A stretch of 64,000 nucleotides of DNA. It comes from a virus (Duplodnaviria > Caudoviricetes). The position numbers and the translations under genes are program-made. The DNA lies in IMG/VR virus record IMGVR_UViG_2711768162_000009, positions 32,001 to 96,000 of that record. One strand, given 5' to 3'. Positions 47,663-57,263 of the stretch are shown piece by piece (positions within the stretch are counted from its first letter, which is position 1; every line of letters starts with the position of its first letter). The notes beneath the pieces were generated by a model. The model did no database searches and had not been told where the DNA came from. It saw only the letters and a list, made by a program, of their open reading frames with translations.

Positions 47663-49771
47663 ATGAACAAAATCGTCTTGAAGAACTCGTCGGTGCCGGG
47701 CGCAATCCCTACGCCGGATGATCTCGTGCTTGGCGAGGTGGCGATCAATATCGCCGACGGGCGACTCTATACTCGTCGCGGGGATCAGGTGGTCAGCCTC
47801 GCTCAGTCAGTGGATCTCCGAGCCTTCGGTCGAATCACTGGCGACGTGGGCTACATTGAGCCCGAAAACCCGCAGGAGCCGATGACGCTCAAAGGTGGCA
47901 GTGGTCTGAAGGTCACGGCCATGCACGCCACGAAGGACATTCGCATCGACCTCGACAATGCGGATGCGGCCACACTGGGCGGCCACGCAGCGAGTTACTT
48001 CGCTACTGCCGATCACCTCCACGACGACCGCTACGTCCTGAAAAGCGAGAGCGGTGGCGACTATTACACCCAGGCCCAGGTTGACGCGAACATCCAGCAG
48101 GCGATCGACGACCTGATCAACGGCGCCGGATCAGCCTACGACACCCTGAAGGAGCTGGAAGCGGCACTGCTCGACAACGACAGCGACATTGCCGCGATCA
48201 ACTCTGCCATTGCGACCAAGCTCGATGCGTCGGCCTACACCGCCGAGGACGTGCTTGCGAAGCTGAAGACCGTCACCGGGGATGGCTCTGGTCTGGATGC
48301 GGATACGCTCAACGGCAACAACGGCAGCTTTTACCGCAACGCCTCAAACCTGAATGCGGGCACTGTCCCGGTGGCTCGACTGTCCGGCATCTATGACGTG
48401 GGTATCTCGGGCAACGCCGCCACCGCCTCGAAGTTCGCCAGCGCTATTACGCTGACGCTTTCCGGCGATGCTTCTGGCTCTGTCAGTCTGGACGGTTCAG
48501 GTGACGTCACGCTCAACGCCACTGTCAAGAATGACAGCCACACGCACGACACCCGGTATTACACCAAGACCCAAAGCGATGAGCGCTTCTTCCTGCTCGA
48601 TGATGTGGCAACGCAAGAAGAGGTCTTGTCCGAAAGCTCATCGAACGTGGTGAACGTCGACGGCCTGTGGGCAGCGATTCGCAAGTATGGTCTGGGCGGT
48701 AGCGGTCGAAAGGTGTCTACCAACCATGATGTTTTCGACGCTGATCTCATCACCGACTCTGGCTTCTACGGCCTATTCGGTTCGGCTGTAAATACGTTCC
48801 CTGGACAGCAGTCTGGCGACACGATGATTCACACCCGCTGGGGCACGGACCATCAGTCACAGATCGGCATCGGACAGAGCAACCAGATGTTCTTCCGCTA
48901 CCAGAACGACGGTGTGTGGCGGAGCTGGAATAAGGTCTGGCACGACAACAACATGGGTGCCGACTCTGGTCTGGATGCTGACAAGCTGGATGGCCTACAG
49001 GCAACGTCGTTTGTCCGGACAGATGCTGACTCCACCATCAACGCCGGAGCCGACACCACCCTCAGCATTCGGGCAAGTGACAGCGGCAACGCCACTCTGG
49101 CAATTCATGGTGACAACCAGGGAACTGGTCGTGTGTATGTCGGCCAGGACGGGCTTTATGGCGGCGGCCTCGAATACAACGGCGACGGAACTCCGGAAAC
49201 CACTGGTGCGGGTGTCGATTGCCTGACCCTTTGGCGCCGGGCGAACGGGGCGGATCACTGGACGGCCCGCAACAAATACAGCTCTGACGTGTGGGAGTTC
49301 AAAGTCGCACCGACGGTTGGCGAGTATCCGGTTTGGCACGCAGGCAATCAAGGTGCTGACTCTGGACTCGATGCCGACACGGTTGATGGCCTTCAGGCCA
49401 GTCAGCTTGCTCGCGTCGACCAGGAAACTGTCTTTCAGGCGTCCATCGGGGTCGGCGGCTCTGCCCCAGGAAAGGACTTCGACAACGGCAAGGCCATCGC
49501 ACTTAACGACGACGACTCCGGCATCCGTGGGAACGGCGACGGCACCATCGAGATTTGGGCCAACAACCAGGAGATCGTGCAGCACACTTCCCAACGGGCC
49601 ACGTTCCGGAAAGACCTGGTTGCTGAGCAGGACGTCACGGTGAGCGGCACCGTCAGCACTGATGGCGACGTCAAGGCAGATGGTGTGTTTGAAGTGGGTG
49701 GCGCGTCCGGCTTCCAAATGGCTTTCGACTCCACCACCCAGTCCCTCAACTTCAACTTCATGGGAGCGTGA
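47663..49771 (+). CDS. Long tail fibre protein
   Basis: LGEVAINIADG N-terminus, repeated SGLDADxLDG, HxHDxRY, knob-like domain. Confidence 0.85.
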   Translation: MNKIVLKNSSVPGAIPTPDDLVLGEVAINIADGRLYTRRGDQVVSLAQSVDLRAFGRITGDVGYIEPENPQEPMTLKGGSGLKVTAMHATKDIRIDLDNADAATLGGHAASYFATADHLHDDRYVLKSESGGDYYTQAQVDANIQQAIDDLINGAGSAYDTLKELEAALLDNDSDIAAINSAIATKLDASAYTAEDVLAKLKTVTGDGSGLDADTLNGNNGSFYRNASNLNAGTVPVARLSGIYDVGISGNAATASKFASAITLTLSGDASGSVSLDGSGDVTLNATVKNDSHTHDTRYYTKTQSDERFFLLDDVATQEEVLSESSSNVVNVDGLWAAIRKYGLGGSGRKVSTNHDVFDADLITDSGFYGLFGSAVNTFPGQQSGDTMIHTRWGTDHQSQIGIGQSNQMFFRYQNDGVWRSWNKVWHDNNMGADSGLDADKLDGLQATSFVRTDADSTINAGADTTLSIRASDSGNATLAIHGDNQGTGRVYVGQDGLYGGGLEYNGDGTPETTGAGVDCLTLWRRANGADHWTARNKYSSDVWEFKVAPTVGEYPVWHAGNQGADSGLDADTVDGLQASQLARVDQETVFQASIGVGGSAPGKDFDNGKAIALNDDDSGIRGNGDGTIEIWANNQEIVQHTSQRATFRKDLVAEQDVTVSGTVSTDGDVKADGVFEVGGASGFQMAFDSTTQSLNFNFMGA

Positions 49772-49772
49772 T

Positions 49773-52520
49773 ATGGCCCTGGTTGCACACTACCGCTTTG
49801 ACGGCGACGCCAAGGATGCACTCAAGGGTAACGACCTGTCGTTCGGCTTGAGCGGAAGTTGGGTTCGAGGGAAGTTCGGGCAGGCGTTCAGCATTGCCGG
49901 AACAGGAGGCGGCGCCCAGGTGGCGCCCTCTTCCTTTGGCCTGAACCCGAACACCAACCGCTGGACGGTCTGTGGCTGGGTCATTCCCAACCGGACAAGC
50001 TGGGAAACCGATAACGGCAGCGGGCTCAACCGCCACAACGTCTTCGAGATGGGCGACTACTACATCGAGGGTGAGACCAGCATCACCTTCGGACGCCACA
50101 GCACCGGCAACACCAGCCGCGCCCTGTTCTTCTCGATCTACCAGAACCAGACGGGCTGTGAGACGCCCCCGGCGCACAACTTCACCGTGGACGAGCTGGA
50201 CGACTGGATTTTCTTCGCCGTCACCTGCAACGGGAGCGAGCTGGCCTTCCATAGCTTTGCAGAGGCAACTGGAAACTGGCAGCGAACTGGGGCGGCCGTT
50301 AGCTGGGACGTTACTCAGGCTCCCATCCGAGACAACCTGCACATCGGCGGATACGGCTGGGTTAGCGGAAGCTGGCGGGGTGTCCTCGAGGACTTCCGGG
50401 TCTACGATCATGCCCTGTCGCTTCGTGAAATCTACGACCTGAGCCTTGGGGTCATTGCCGACTATCGCTGTCCTGCCTATCAGGAAGCGCTTGTGGCCGG
50501 TTTTCTGCCCGACGCCAGCGGCCAGGATAACCATGCCGCAATCGAGCCTTCTGAAGCCCCTACGTGGACGTCAGCGGGGTATCGCTTCGATGGGGCTCAG
50601 TGCATCAATGCCGGGTCTGTCATCACGATGGAAGGCAGGAGCCGCTGCACCATCGAATGCGAGTTCGAGCTGGACGACACTCAGGATCAACAGGCCCTGG
50701 TCGCGAAGTGGAATACCTACGGTGTGGGTCGTCAGTTCCTGCTGGACGTCTATCAGGGAAAGGTCCGCGCCACGTTCGGCAAGGAAGTGGTTGATGATCA
50801 GGTTCTCATCACGCACCCGATCCAGGCCGGCACCCGCTATCACGTCCTCGCGGTCAAAACTCCCACCGAGCAGAAGCTGTTCGTGAACGGCGCACTAGTG
50901 GCCTCGGCCGGCAACCCCGCTACGTTCCTCGGCAACAGCGAGCCTCTGGTGCTGGGTGGCAAGTCCGACGACGGAGTTGTTTCGGCCAAGATGCAGGGGC
51001 TGCTGGTTCGCGCTCGCATCTTGAGCGTCGCTGTGTCCGACGAGATGGCACAAGTCCTCTACCGGAACCGCGCCTCTCTCGATGCCATCGGCAACTTCAC
51101 GACTCGGGAGGTGACTGAGCTTGGTCAATCTACCAAGCCGATCATCGACTACAGCGTCTGGAAGGCGGGTCAAACCGCGAGTGTTGGGGATTTCTCGCGC
51201 AACGGCGCCTCCAACAAGAACTCACGGGTGAATGCCATTGGCCCGCACGGCAAGGAGATAGTGGTCTGGCAGTGCGACAACACTGACGCCGAGTCCGCAT
51301 CGGACGGCGGCTGGAACTACACGCCGTTTCCCATCGACAACACCAAGCGGTATCGCTTCTCGGTCTGGGTTCGCAGAACATCGCCCGGCAATGGATCGGC
51401 CTACCTGGGCACACGAGGCTACGGTGCAGCAGATGGTGTCGAATTGATGGGCGGAGGCACCAATACCAACCCCTACTTTTGGTCAGGCGGCATTGACCAT
51501 ACCGACTGGTTCCTGATCGTGGGCCATGTCCACCCTGCCGGCTACTCCGGCGGCGTTCATCCAGACACCGCACGCTACCTGCCGAGTGGTCGCGTGGATG
51601 ACGCCACGGACTTCATTTGGCGGCCGGAGACCGAAACCGCCACACACCGGGCATACCTCTACTACTCGACTGACCTGAGCACCCGGCAACAGTTCGCCTA
51701 CCCTCGCGTCGATGTGTGCGATGGAACCGAGCCGACCGTTCAGCAGCTCTTGGATGGGTTTGACGAGCGACTGATAGAGAGTGACTTCAAAGGTCAGGTC
51801 TCGTTGGTTCGCCAAGCGACTGTCAGCGAGGTCGGTGTAGGCCGAGGTCTTGTGGCCTGGTATCCCCTTTGCGGCGACACAATGAACTACGCCTCGTCTG
51901 ATCACGGCACTGCCGTAGGTGCCCTTCCGTCAGACTGGGGCTATGAGTTCTCTGGAGTGGATCAACACATCGCCTGCGGCAAGCCGGCCGAGCTTTCGGA
52001 GATCACCGACGAGCTGAGCATCAGCTACTGGTGTCGCTTCGAGGACGCTGGCGACCAGGACCATCCTGTCGTGGCCTGTAACGAGTCCGACACCTGGCTT
52101 CCCGGTAATGGATTTGTCATCGGCCACGGCTGGGGTGACACCTTCTACTTCGGAATCGGCGGTAACGTGAGGCAAAACCTCCCCACCCCGCTGAGTCAGG
52201 ACGGTCAAATGCACCACGTCTGCCTGACCTACAGCAGTGCCAAGGGCGCACGCCTCTACATTGATGGCGTGCAGGCTTTCGAAGATGCGAGCTGGACTGG
52301 CCCCGTTGGGCAAAACAGCGAAGACCTCTTCATCGGCAAGGCGAACTACCGTGGCGGTAGCTTCAAGGGGCGGCTCGCTGACGTTCGCATCTACAGCAAA
52401 CGCCTCGAGGTCGACGAGGTAGGCGCTCTCGCCAAACTGAGCCCTGCCGGAAAGACCAAGGTGCAGCTATCTGCCGACGGACTGCTCGTCCACGGTCAAC
52501 TGAAAGAAACCACCATCTAA
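49773..52520 (+). CDS. Multi-LamG (concanavalin-like) domain virion protein
   Basis: Three LamG-like units (LVAHYRFDG...DFRVYDHALS; KLFVNG; LYIDG...DVRIYSK). Confidence 0.8.
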   Translation: MALVAHYRFDGDAKDALKGNDLSFGLSGSWVRGKFGQAFSIAGTGGGAQVAPSSFGLNPNTNRWTVCGWVIPNRTSWETDNGSGLNRHNVFEMGDYYIEGETSITFGRHSTGNTSRALFFSIYQNQTGCETPPAHNFTVDELDDWIFFAVTCNGSELAFHSFAEATGNWQRTGAAVSWDVTQAPIRDNLHIGGYGWVSGSWRGVLEDFRVYDHALSLREIYDLSLGVIADYRCPAYQEALVAGFLPDASGQDNHAAIEPSEAPTWTSAGYRFDGAQCINAGSVITMEGRSRCTIECEFELDDTQDQQALVAKWNTYGVGRQFLLDVYQGKVRATFGKEVVDDQVLITHPIQAGTRYHVLAVKTPTEQKLFVNGALVASAGNPATFLGNSEPLVLGGKSDDGVVSAKMQGLLVRARILSVAVSDEMAQVLYRNRASLDAIGNFTTREVTELGQSTKPIIDYSVWKAGQTASVGDFSRNGASNKNSRVNAIGPHGKEIVVWQCDNTDAESASDGGWNYTPFPIDNTKRYRFSVWVRRTSPGNGSAYLGTRGYGAADGVELMGGGTNTNPYFWSGGIDHTDWFLIVGHVHPAGYSGGVHPDTARYLPSGRVDDATDFIWRPETETATHRAYLYYSTDLSTRQQFAYPRVDVCDGTEPTVQQLLDGFDERLIESDFKGQVSLVRQATVSEVGVGRGLVAWYPLCGDTMNYASSDHGTAVGALPSDWGYEFSGVDQHIACGKPAELSEITDELSISYWCRFEDAGDQDHPVVACNESDTWLPGNGFVIGHGWGDTFYFGIGGNVRQNLPTPLSQDGQMHHVCLTYSSAKGARLYIDGVQAFEDASWTGPVGQNSEDLFIGKANYRGGSFKGRLADVRIYSKRLEVDEVGALAKLSPAGKTKVQLSADGLLVHGQLKETTI

Positions 52521-52603
52521 GCGCCCCCCAGGGTGATACCGCCTGGCATCACTCTGGGGTATTATGTAAGTCATCGCTTACTGATCTTCTAAGAGGAAGG
52601 ACA

Positions 52604-53569
52604 ATGGCTGATCTAGCCTCAACCAGAGTGTTCGGCACGCTGGTTGTTAAGCACAGAGCATGGGTTGATGGAGGCGAGGTTTGGCACTCCAAGAATGCCC
52701 CATACCTTCAAACCAACGGTTGGGGTGGTGTTCGACATACCACCAGCGACGGCTATATCGACCTTGGCCCGGCCAATGCCGATCACGCTCACATCTACAC
52801 AGACAGGCCGGATTTCTACTTCAACAGAGACTTGATGGTCAGCGGGAACAAAGTCTGGCACGCCGGAAACACAGGCGAATACACGATCAACGGCCAAGAC
52901 TTCAGGGGTCGTGGCAAACGCTGCATCGTGGCGAGCACATCTGCCATGTTTCTTAACTACGCAGGAGACTTCACCAACGTCACGATTCAAAGCGATGCAG
53001 TGATCAGCGGCATCCTGACAGCGAATGATCACCTTCGCTCGGGTGCGATGAATTTCAGCACCTACAAAGAGTGGGATACAGGCGAGTTCAACGCTCTCGG
53101 CGGAGGCGCAGCTATTGTCAACGACAGCACTGGTCACAAGGGGCTCATGATCCTCGGCAACCGCTCAGCCGGTGGCAACCGCATCGTTAAGGTATGGGAT
53201 GAGCTTCAGTGCATGGGTGACGTTAAGGCATACGCCTCGGACGCCAGGCTCAAGACCAACGTGCAGACCATCAGCGGCGCCCTCGACAAGCTGAGCCAAA
53301 TCCGGGGCGTGACCTATGACTGGATCGAGGACTGCGAAGACCTCGGTTTCTGCCCGGCCAACCCACATGAGCATGGCGTTATTGCTCAAGAGATAGAGTC
53401 GGTAATCCCTGATGCCGTGTCCTCTGCCCCGTTCAACGAGGACTATCTGACTGTCCGCTACGACCGGATCGTGCCACTGCTCATTGAGGCACTGAAGGAA
53501 GAGGCGGCATTGAGAGAGCAGCTTCAGCGGCGGGTCCAGACGCTCGAGAGCGGTCAGGAGGTGGCCTGA
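52604..53569 (+). CDS. Tail fibre with C-terminal peptidase S74 chaperone
   Basis: ASDARLKTN, IRGVTYDW, GVIAQEI, YDRIVPLLIEA. Confidence 0.9.
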   Translation: MADLASTRVFGTLVVKHRAWVDGGEVWHSKNAPYLQTNGWGGVRHTTSDGYIDLGPANADHAHIYTDRPDFYFNRDLMVSGNKVWHAGNTGEYTINGQDFRGRGKRCIVASTSAMFLNYAGDFTNVTIQSDAVISGILTANDHLRSGAMNFSTYKEWDTGEFNALGGGAAIVNDSTGHKGLMILGNRSAGGNRIVKVWDELQCMGDVKAYASDARLKTNVQTISGALDKLSQIRGVTYDWIEDCEDLGFCPANPHEHGVIAQEIESVIPDAVSSAPFNEDYLTVRYDRIVPLLIEALKEEAALREQLQRRVQTLESGQEVA

Positions 53570-54111
53570 TGGCAACGAGGCTCACCACCTGGACATACAC
53601 CACCTCATGGTCGGCAACCACGAGCTGGACGACTAGTTACTCTGCCACCACCAGTCGCTCGACAACCACGAGCTGGACAACAAGCTGGACGACCAATTGG
53701 ACGACAAACTGGTCGCAGAACACGAACAGGTCTACGTCCACACGCATCGGCGGCCCACTGCCGGCCACAGGTGAGATAAGTCTGAAGGCTGCGGGTGACG
53801 CTCTCGGCATGACAGGGGTGATCTCCCTTGGCGCAATGCGTGGAAAGGGAACGCCTACACTGCCGGCGTCCGGCGAGATCAGGATGGATCAGCTACACGG
53901 TCTCGAGAACTACCGGAATACGACCACCACCTGGTCGACTAGCTACTCGAGATCAACCTCGCGATCAACGTCCAAGACCACTTCCAAATCGACGACGACA
54001 AGGTGGTCGACCTCCAAGTCGAAGTCCACGTCGAGGTCTACAACGAAAAGCAAAAGCACCTCCACCAGCGGGTGGACTCACTACAACTGCAACTGTCTCT
54101 GCCGAGACTGA
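53569..54111 (+). CDS. Thr/Ser/Trp-repeat fibre-tip-like protein ending in NCNCLCRD
   Basis: TTSW repeats flanking a LPATGEISL...LPASGEIRM domain; coupled to the S74 fibre gene. Confidence 0.85.
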   Translation: MATRLTTWTYTTSWSATTSWTTSYSATTSRSTTTSWTTSWTTNWTTNWSQNTNRSTSTRIGGPLPATGEISLKAAGDALGMTGVISLGAMRGKGTPTLPASGEIRMDQLHGLENYRNTTTTWSTSYSRSTSRSTSKTTSKSTTTRWSTSKSKSTSRSTTKSKSTSTSGWTHYNCNCLCRD

Positions 54112-54146
54112 GTAAGGGCGGCCTGGCCGCCCTGTAGGAGCACAAC

Positions 54147-54320
54147 ATGAACGACCAGAAGACTGCTGAGCGCCTTGGGCAATTGAGCGAAGTGCTGCTC
54201 GAGCACCTGACCAGCTTCGATCAGAAGATGAACGAGGCAATTGAGGCGCTGGACGAGCGCATCGAAGAGCTAGTCGAGCAACGCATCAACGAACGGCTCA
54301 AGGAGCTTGGGTGTGAGTGA
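54147..54320 (+). CDS. Small coiled-coil protein (57 aa, absent from the ORF track)
   Basis: AGGAG RBS; MNDQKTAERLGQLSEVLLEHL...KELGCE; overlaps the next start codon. Confidence 0.7.
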   Translation: MNDQKTAERLGQLSEVLLEHLTSFDQKMNEAIEALDERIEELVEQRINERLKELGCE

Positions 54321-55140
54321 CTTCGATCAAGACCGCATTGACGACGCCTACACCATCCTGTCCAAGATCGGGAACATCTCACGGTCCCCGGCGTTGAGCA
54401 GCCTGGAGGGCATGGCGCCCCATGTCTACGACGCCTTCGATGGCGAGGTGCTGTTCGACATTTACTACGACGGCGGCCGGGACTTCAAAAGCATCACTTT
54501 CACTGAAATCTTCAGTCACGGCTTACTGATCAGCCCTTGTAACGATGCCATGCGCTACGACATGGCTCTGCACGCCCTGAACGACGAAGACCCATCAGTG
54601 CCGGCAGAACGAATCCTCGGATGGGGGCGGATCGACAAATACCAGCTCAGAAAGCGCTTGAGTCGTAAGCCAGTGCCGGCAGCGGTCTTTCTTCCTGGCA
54701 CCAACCTACTCAGCGACAAAGTGAACTGGGCTCAGGTGCAAGCCGCGGTCGATGCAGGCGCCTTGGTCAAGATGCACCCCATCACCAGCGCAGGCTGGGA
54801 GAGACGCTTGAAGCAGGAGTTTGGATCTCGGCTGGTGAGTAAGGGGGAAAGCGGATTTGACCTCCTGGCCGCCGCTGAGCGCGTATACACCACCTCCAAC
54901 AGTGAGATGGGCCTGCTCGGCATTCTTATGGACAAGCCCGTCGATCTGGTCGAAGGGGGCGTCACCAGCAAGCGCCCGATCTACCGTCAGCTCTATGAAG
55001 CTGTGCTGCCTCAAGACAATCCAAAGGCCGCGCTGGAGAAACTGCTTGGTAGCCGTCACGCAGGATTCTACTGGCCCTGGCACGACTCCAGCCGCCCTCT
55101 CGAAATCGTCAATGCAATGAGAACCTTCGCCCATGCTTAG
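54313..55140 (+). CDS. Putative glycosyltransferase-like protein (KpsC/KpsS-like C-terminal motifs)
   Basis: LVKMHP and LLAAAERVYTTSNSEMGLLGILMDKPV. Confidence 0.5.
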   Translation: MSDFDQDRIDDAYTILSKIGNISRSPALSSLEGMAPHVYDAFDGEVLFDIYYDGGRDFKSITFTEIFSHGLLISPCNDAMRYDMALHALNDEDPSVPAERILGWGRIDKYQLRKRLSRKPVPAAVFLPGTNLLSDKVNWAQVQAAVDAGALVKMHPITSAGWERRLKQEFGSRLVSKGESGFDLLAAAERVYTTSNSEMGLLGILMDKPVDLVEGGVTSKRPIYRQLYEAVLPQDNPKAALEKLLGSRHAGFYWPWHDSSRPLEIVNAMRTFAHA

Positions 55141-56029
55141 CGCCTACTGCTGCCCCACCAACGACAACCTTCCGCAACTGATCGTCGCGGTATCCAGCTT
55201 CATGCGCCAAAACCCTGGCGTCCCGGTGGTGGCCTACTTCAACAAAGGAACCGACGTCGAAGCCCTCGAGGCTATGGGTGTTGAGGCTGTCTGCGTCATC
55301 GGCTCACATCTCATGATCTCGGGTCTCGATGACCTGATGCTACGCCGCCCCGACATCACCCGAGCGGTCCACATTGGGGCGACCACCCTCACGCAAGACA
55401 GCTTGTCGGATATGGCAGGAGTTCCAATGGACGGTCTGCCGATTGGCGCGGCAAGCGTCTACATGTTCCCTCACGACGAGGTGGGGCCTGATTGCTACCG
55501 CCAAGCCGACCCGGAGCTGTTCAGCTCTCGGCAGCAGGTCAATGAGCGGTATTTCGACACCGATTTCCTGCTGTTCAACCTCGAACAGTGTCGCCGACAG
55601 CAGGATCGCAGCATCGCCTTGAGGTATTGCATGAGCCGGGCGAGGACTGAACAGGAATTTTTGAACCAGGTGTTTGGCGAGTCCGACTTCCTGAACATGC
55701 CGGGCAACTTGAATGTCGCACCAGAGCACACCATTCACCTCGATCTGAACCCCTTCAAGTTGGCAAGGCATCGGCTCGAGCTGGAAAACGCGAGAGTGAT
55801 TCGCTTCCCTGGTGATGTGGTGCCCTGGAGGCCCATCAAGAATGTCGATAGGGCGTCCATTCAGTTGCCCATGAAGCAATATTTGGCTGCCGCTGAGTGT
55901 GTGGTTTCGCTCCTGCCGCCGGAATTTGTGAAGACCATCGAGGCCAACTCCAAGTTGCTCAACGACTACATCGGGCCGGTGGCAGACGTTCTTGCTGAAG
56001 CGCACTCTATCGCCATGAGAAACGCCTAA
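55133..56029 (+). CDS. Glycosyltransferase family 8-like protein (degenerate motifs)
   Basis: YFDTDFLLFNLE (cf. YFNSGVLLINL), EQEFLN (cf. DQDxLN), VIRFPGDVVPW (cf. IHFxGxxKPW); DxD replaced by GAT. Confidence 0.65.
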   Translation: MLSAYCCPTNDNLPQLIVAVSSFMRQNPGVPVVAYFNKGTDVEALEAMGVEAVCVIGSHLMISGLDDLMLRRPDITRAVHIGATTLTQDSLSDMAGVPMDGLPIGAASVYMFPHDEVGPDCYRQADPELFSSRQQVNERYFDTDFLLFNLEQCRRQQDRSIALRYCMSRARTEQEFLNQVFGESDFLNMPGNLNVAPEHTIHLDLNPFKLARHRLELENARVIRFPGDVVPWRPIKNVDRASIQLPMKQYLAAAECVVSLLPPEFVKTIEANSKLLNDYIGPVADVLAEAHSIAMRNA

Positions 56030-56096
56030 TCCTTATATGGTTCTTTATCTCTTCGCCTGATATAGTAAGTCAGCACTTACTTATGAGGGTAAGCGA

Positions 56097-56267
56097 ATGG
56101 CACAGATCGCCCTGGCTTTACTGGTTGGCACACTGAAGACCTTTCTCACTCAGAAGTTCATCACCAAGGTGGTGATCCTTCTGGCGGAGTTTCTGGCCTC
56201 CAAGACCACCAGCAAGTTCGACGACAAATTGGTCAGCGCCATGAAAGAGGCCGCTGGCGAAAAGTAA
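56097..56267 (+). CDS. Small amphipathic protein (56 aa, absent from the ORF track)
   Basis: GAGG RBS, operator motif upstream; MAQIALALLVGTLKTFLTQKF...SKTTSKFDDKLV. Confidence 0.65.
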   Translation: MAQIALALLVGTLKTFLTQKFITKVVILLAEFLASKTTSKFDDKLVSAMKEAAGEK

Positions 56268-56319
56268 TCTCCAGGCGGCCGAGTGCCGCCTGACTTCTTC
56301 GTAAGACAGGAACCTGCCC

Positions 56320-57132
56320 ATGCCTCGTAATACACGGAAGCAGCAGAAGCGAAAAGAGCGCCGCGCCGAGAAGCGCAATCGCTACCAGGAGCAACAGTCG
56401 ATGCATCCTCGCGTGCAGGCTGGCGACGCATCCATGAACGAACTGCTGCGGTTTGTGGCCGATGCCAAGACCAAGGCCATCCGAGAGCCCATCGAAGCTC
56501 AGTCTGAGGCTCAGGGTCACTACCTGATCTCTATCGAGCAGAACGATGTGACCTTCGGGACTGGCCCTGCCGGCACCGGCAAGACCTTCATTTCCACGGC
56601 GATGGCCGTCGAGGCATTCCTGAACGGTGAAGTTGGCAAGATCGTCGTCACCCGCCCTGTCATCGAGGCGGATGGTGACCAGATGGGCTTCCTGCCCGGC
56701 GAGATCGCCGACAAGTTTGCGCCCTACTTCTACCCGGTGCGGGAAGTGCTGGAAGAGCGACTTGGCGCTGCCTTCACCAAGAAGCTCATCGAGGAAGGCA
56801 AGATCGAGATTGCTCCGTTTGCCTACATGCGCGGTCGGACCTTCAAGAACGCCTTCGTGATTCTCGATGAGGCACAGAACACCACGCCCAAGCAGATGAA
56901 GCTGTTCCTGACTCGGCTTGGCGAAAACGTGAGGGTCGTCATCAACGGCGACAGCTCACAACAAGACATTCGTGCCGCACGCAATGGCCTGGATGACGCG
57001 CATCAACGGTTCAGCCGCACCCCTGGCTTTGGGGCTGTCGCATTCGAGACTGGTGACGTCCGTCGTTCACCGCTCGCGAAGCGCATTGTCGAGAACTACG
57101 AGCGCGATCCCGACTATCCAGCGTGTGCATGA
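56320..57132 (+). CDS. phoH: PhoH family protein
   Basis: GPAGTGKT, MGFLPG, AYMRGRTF, ILDEAQN, LTRLG, GDSSQQD. Confidence 0.95.
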   Translation: MPRNTRKQQKRKERRAEKRNRYQEQQSMHPRVQAGDASMNELLRFVADAKTKAIREPIEAQSEAQGHYLISIEQNDVTFGTGPAGTGKTFISTAMAVEAFLNGEVGKIVVTRPVIEADGDQMGFLPGEIADKFAPYFYPVREVLEERLGAAFTKKLIEEGKIEIAPFAYMRGRTFKNAFVILDEAQNTTPKQMKLFLTRLGENVRVVINGDSSQQDIRAARNGLDDAHQRFSRTPGFGAVAFETGDVRRSPLAKRIVENYERDPDYPACA

Positions 57133-57263
57133 TGTGAAAGCGCGTCCATAGATAGCGCTAAATCGTCCGGAGAGCTTCCCTGAGCGCGTTCGTCCTCGAC
57201 AGCTATACGATGACACTCGGAGCGATGGAACGGAGCTGACAAGCGAATTCTGAGCGATACCCC

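Noticed and set aside
38548-54111. Duplicated NCNCLCRD-coding DNA as a diversity-generating retroelement TR/VR pair
   Set aside because: No reverse transcriptase in the window, the shared stretch is under 30 bp, and differences are synonymous rather than adenine-specific.
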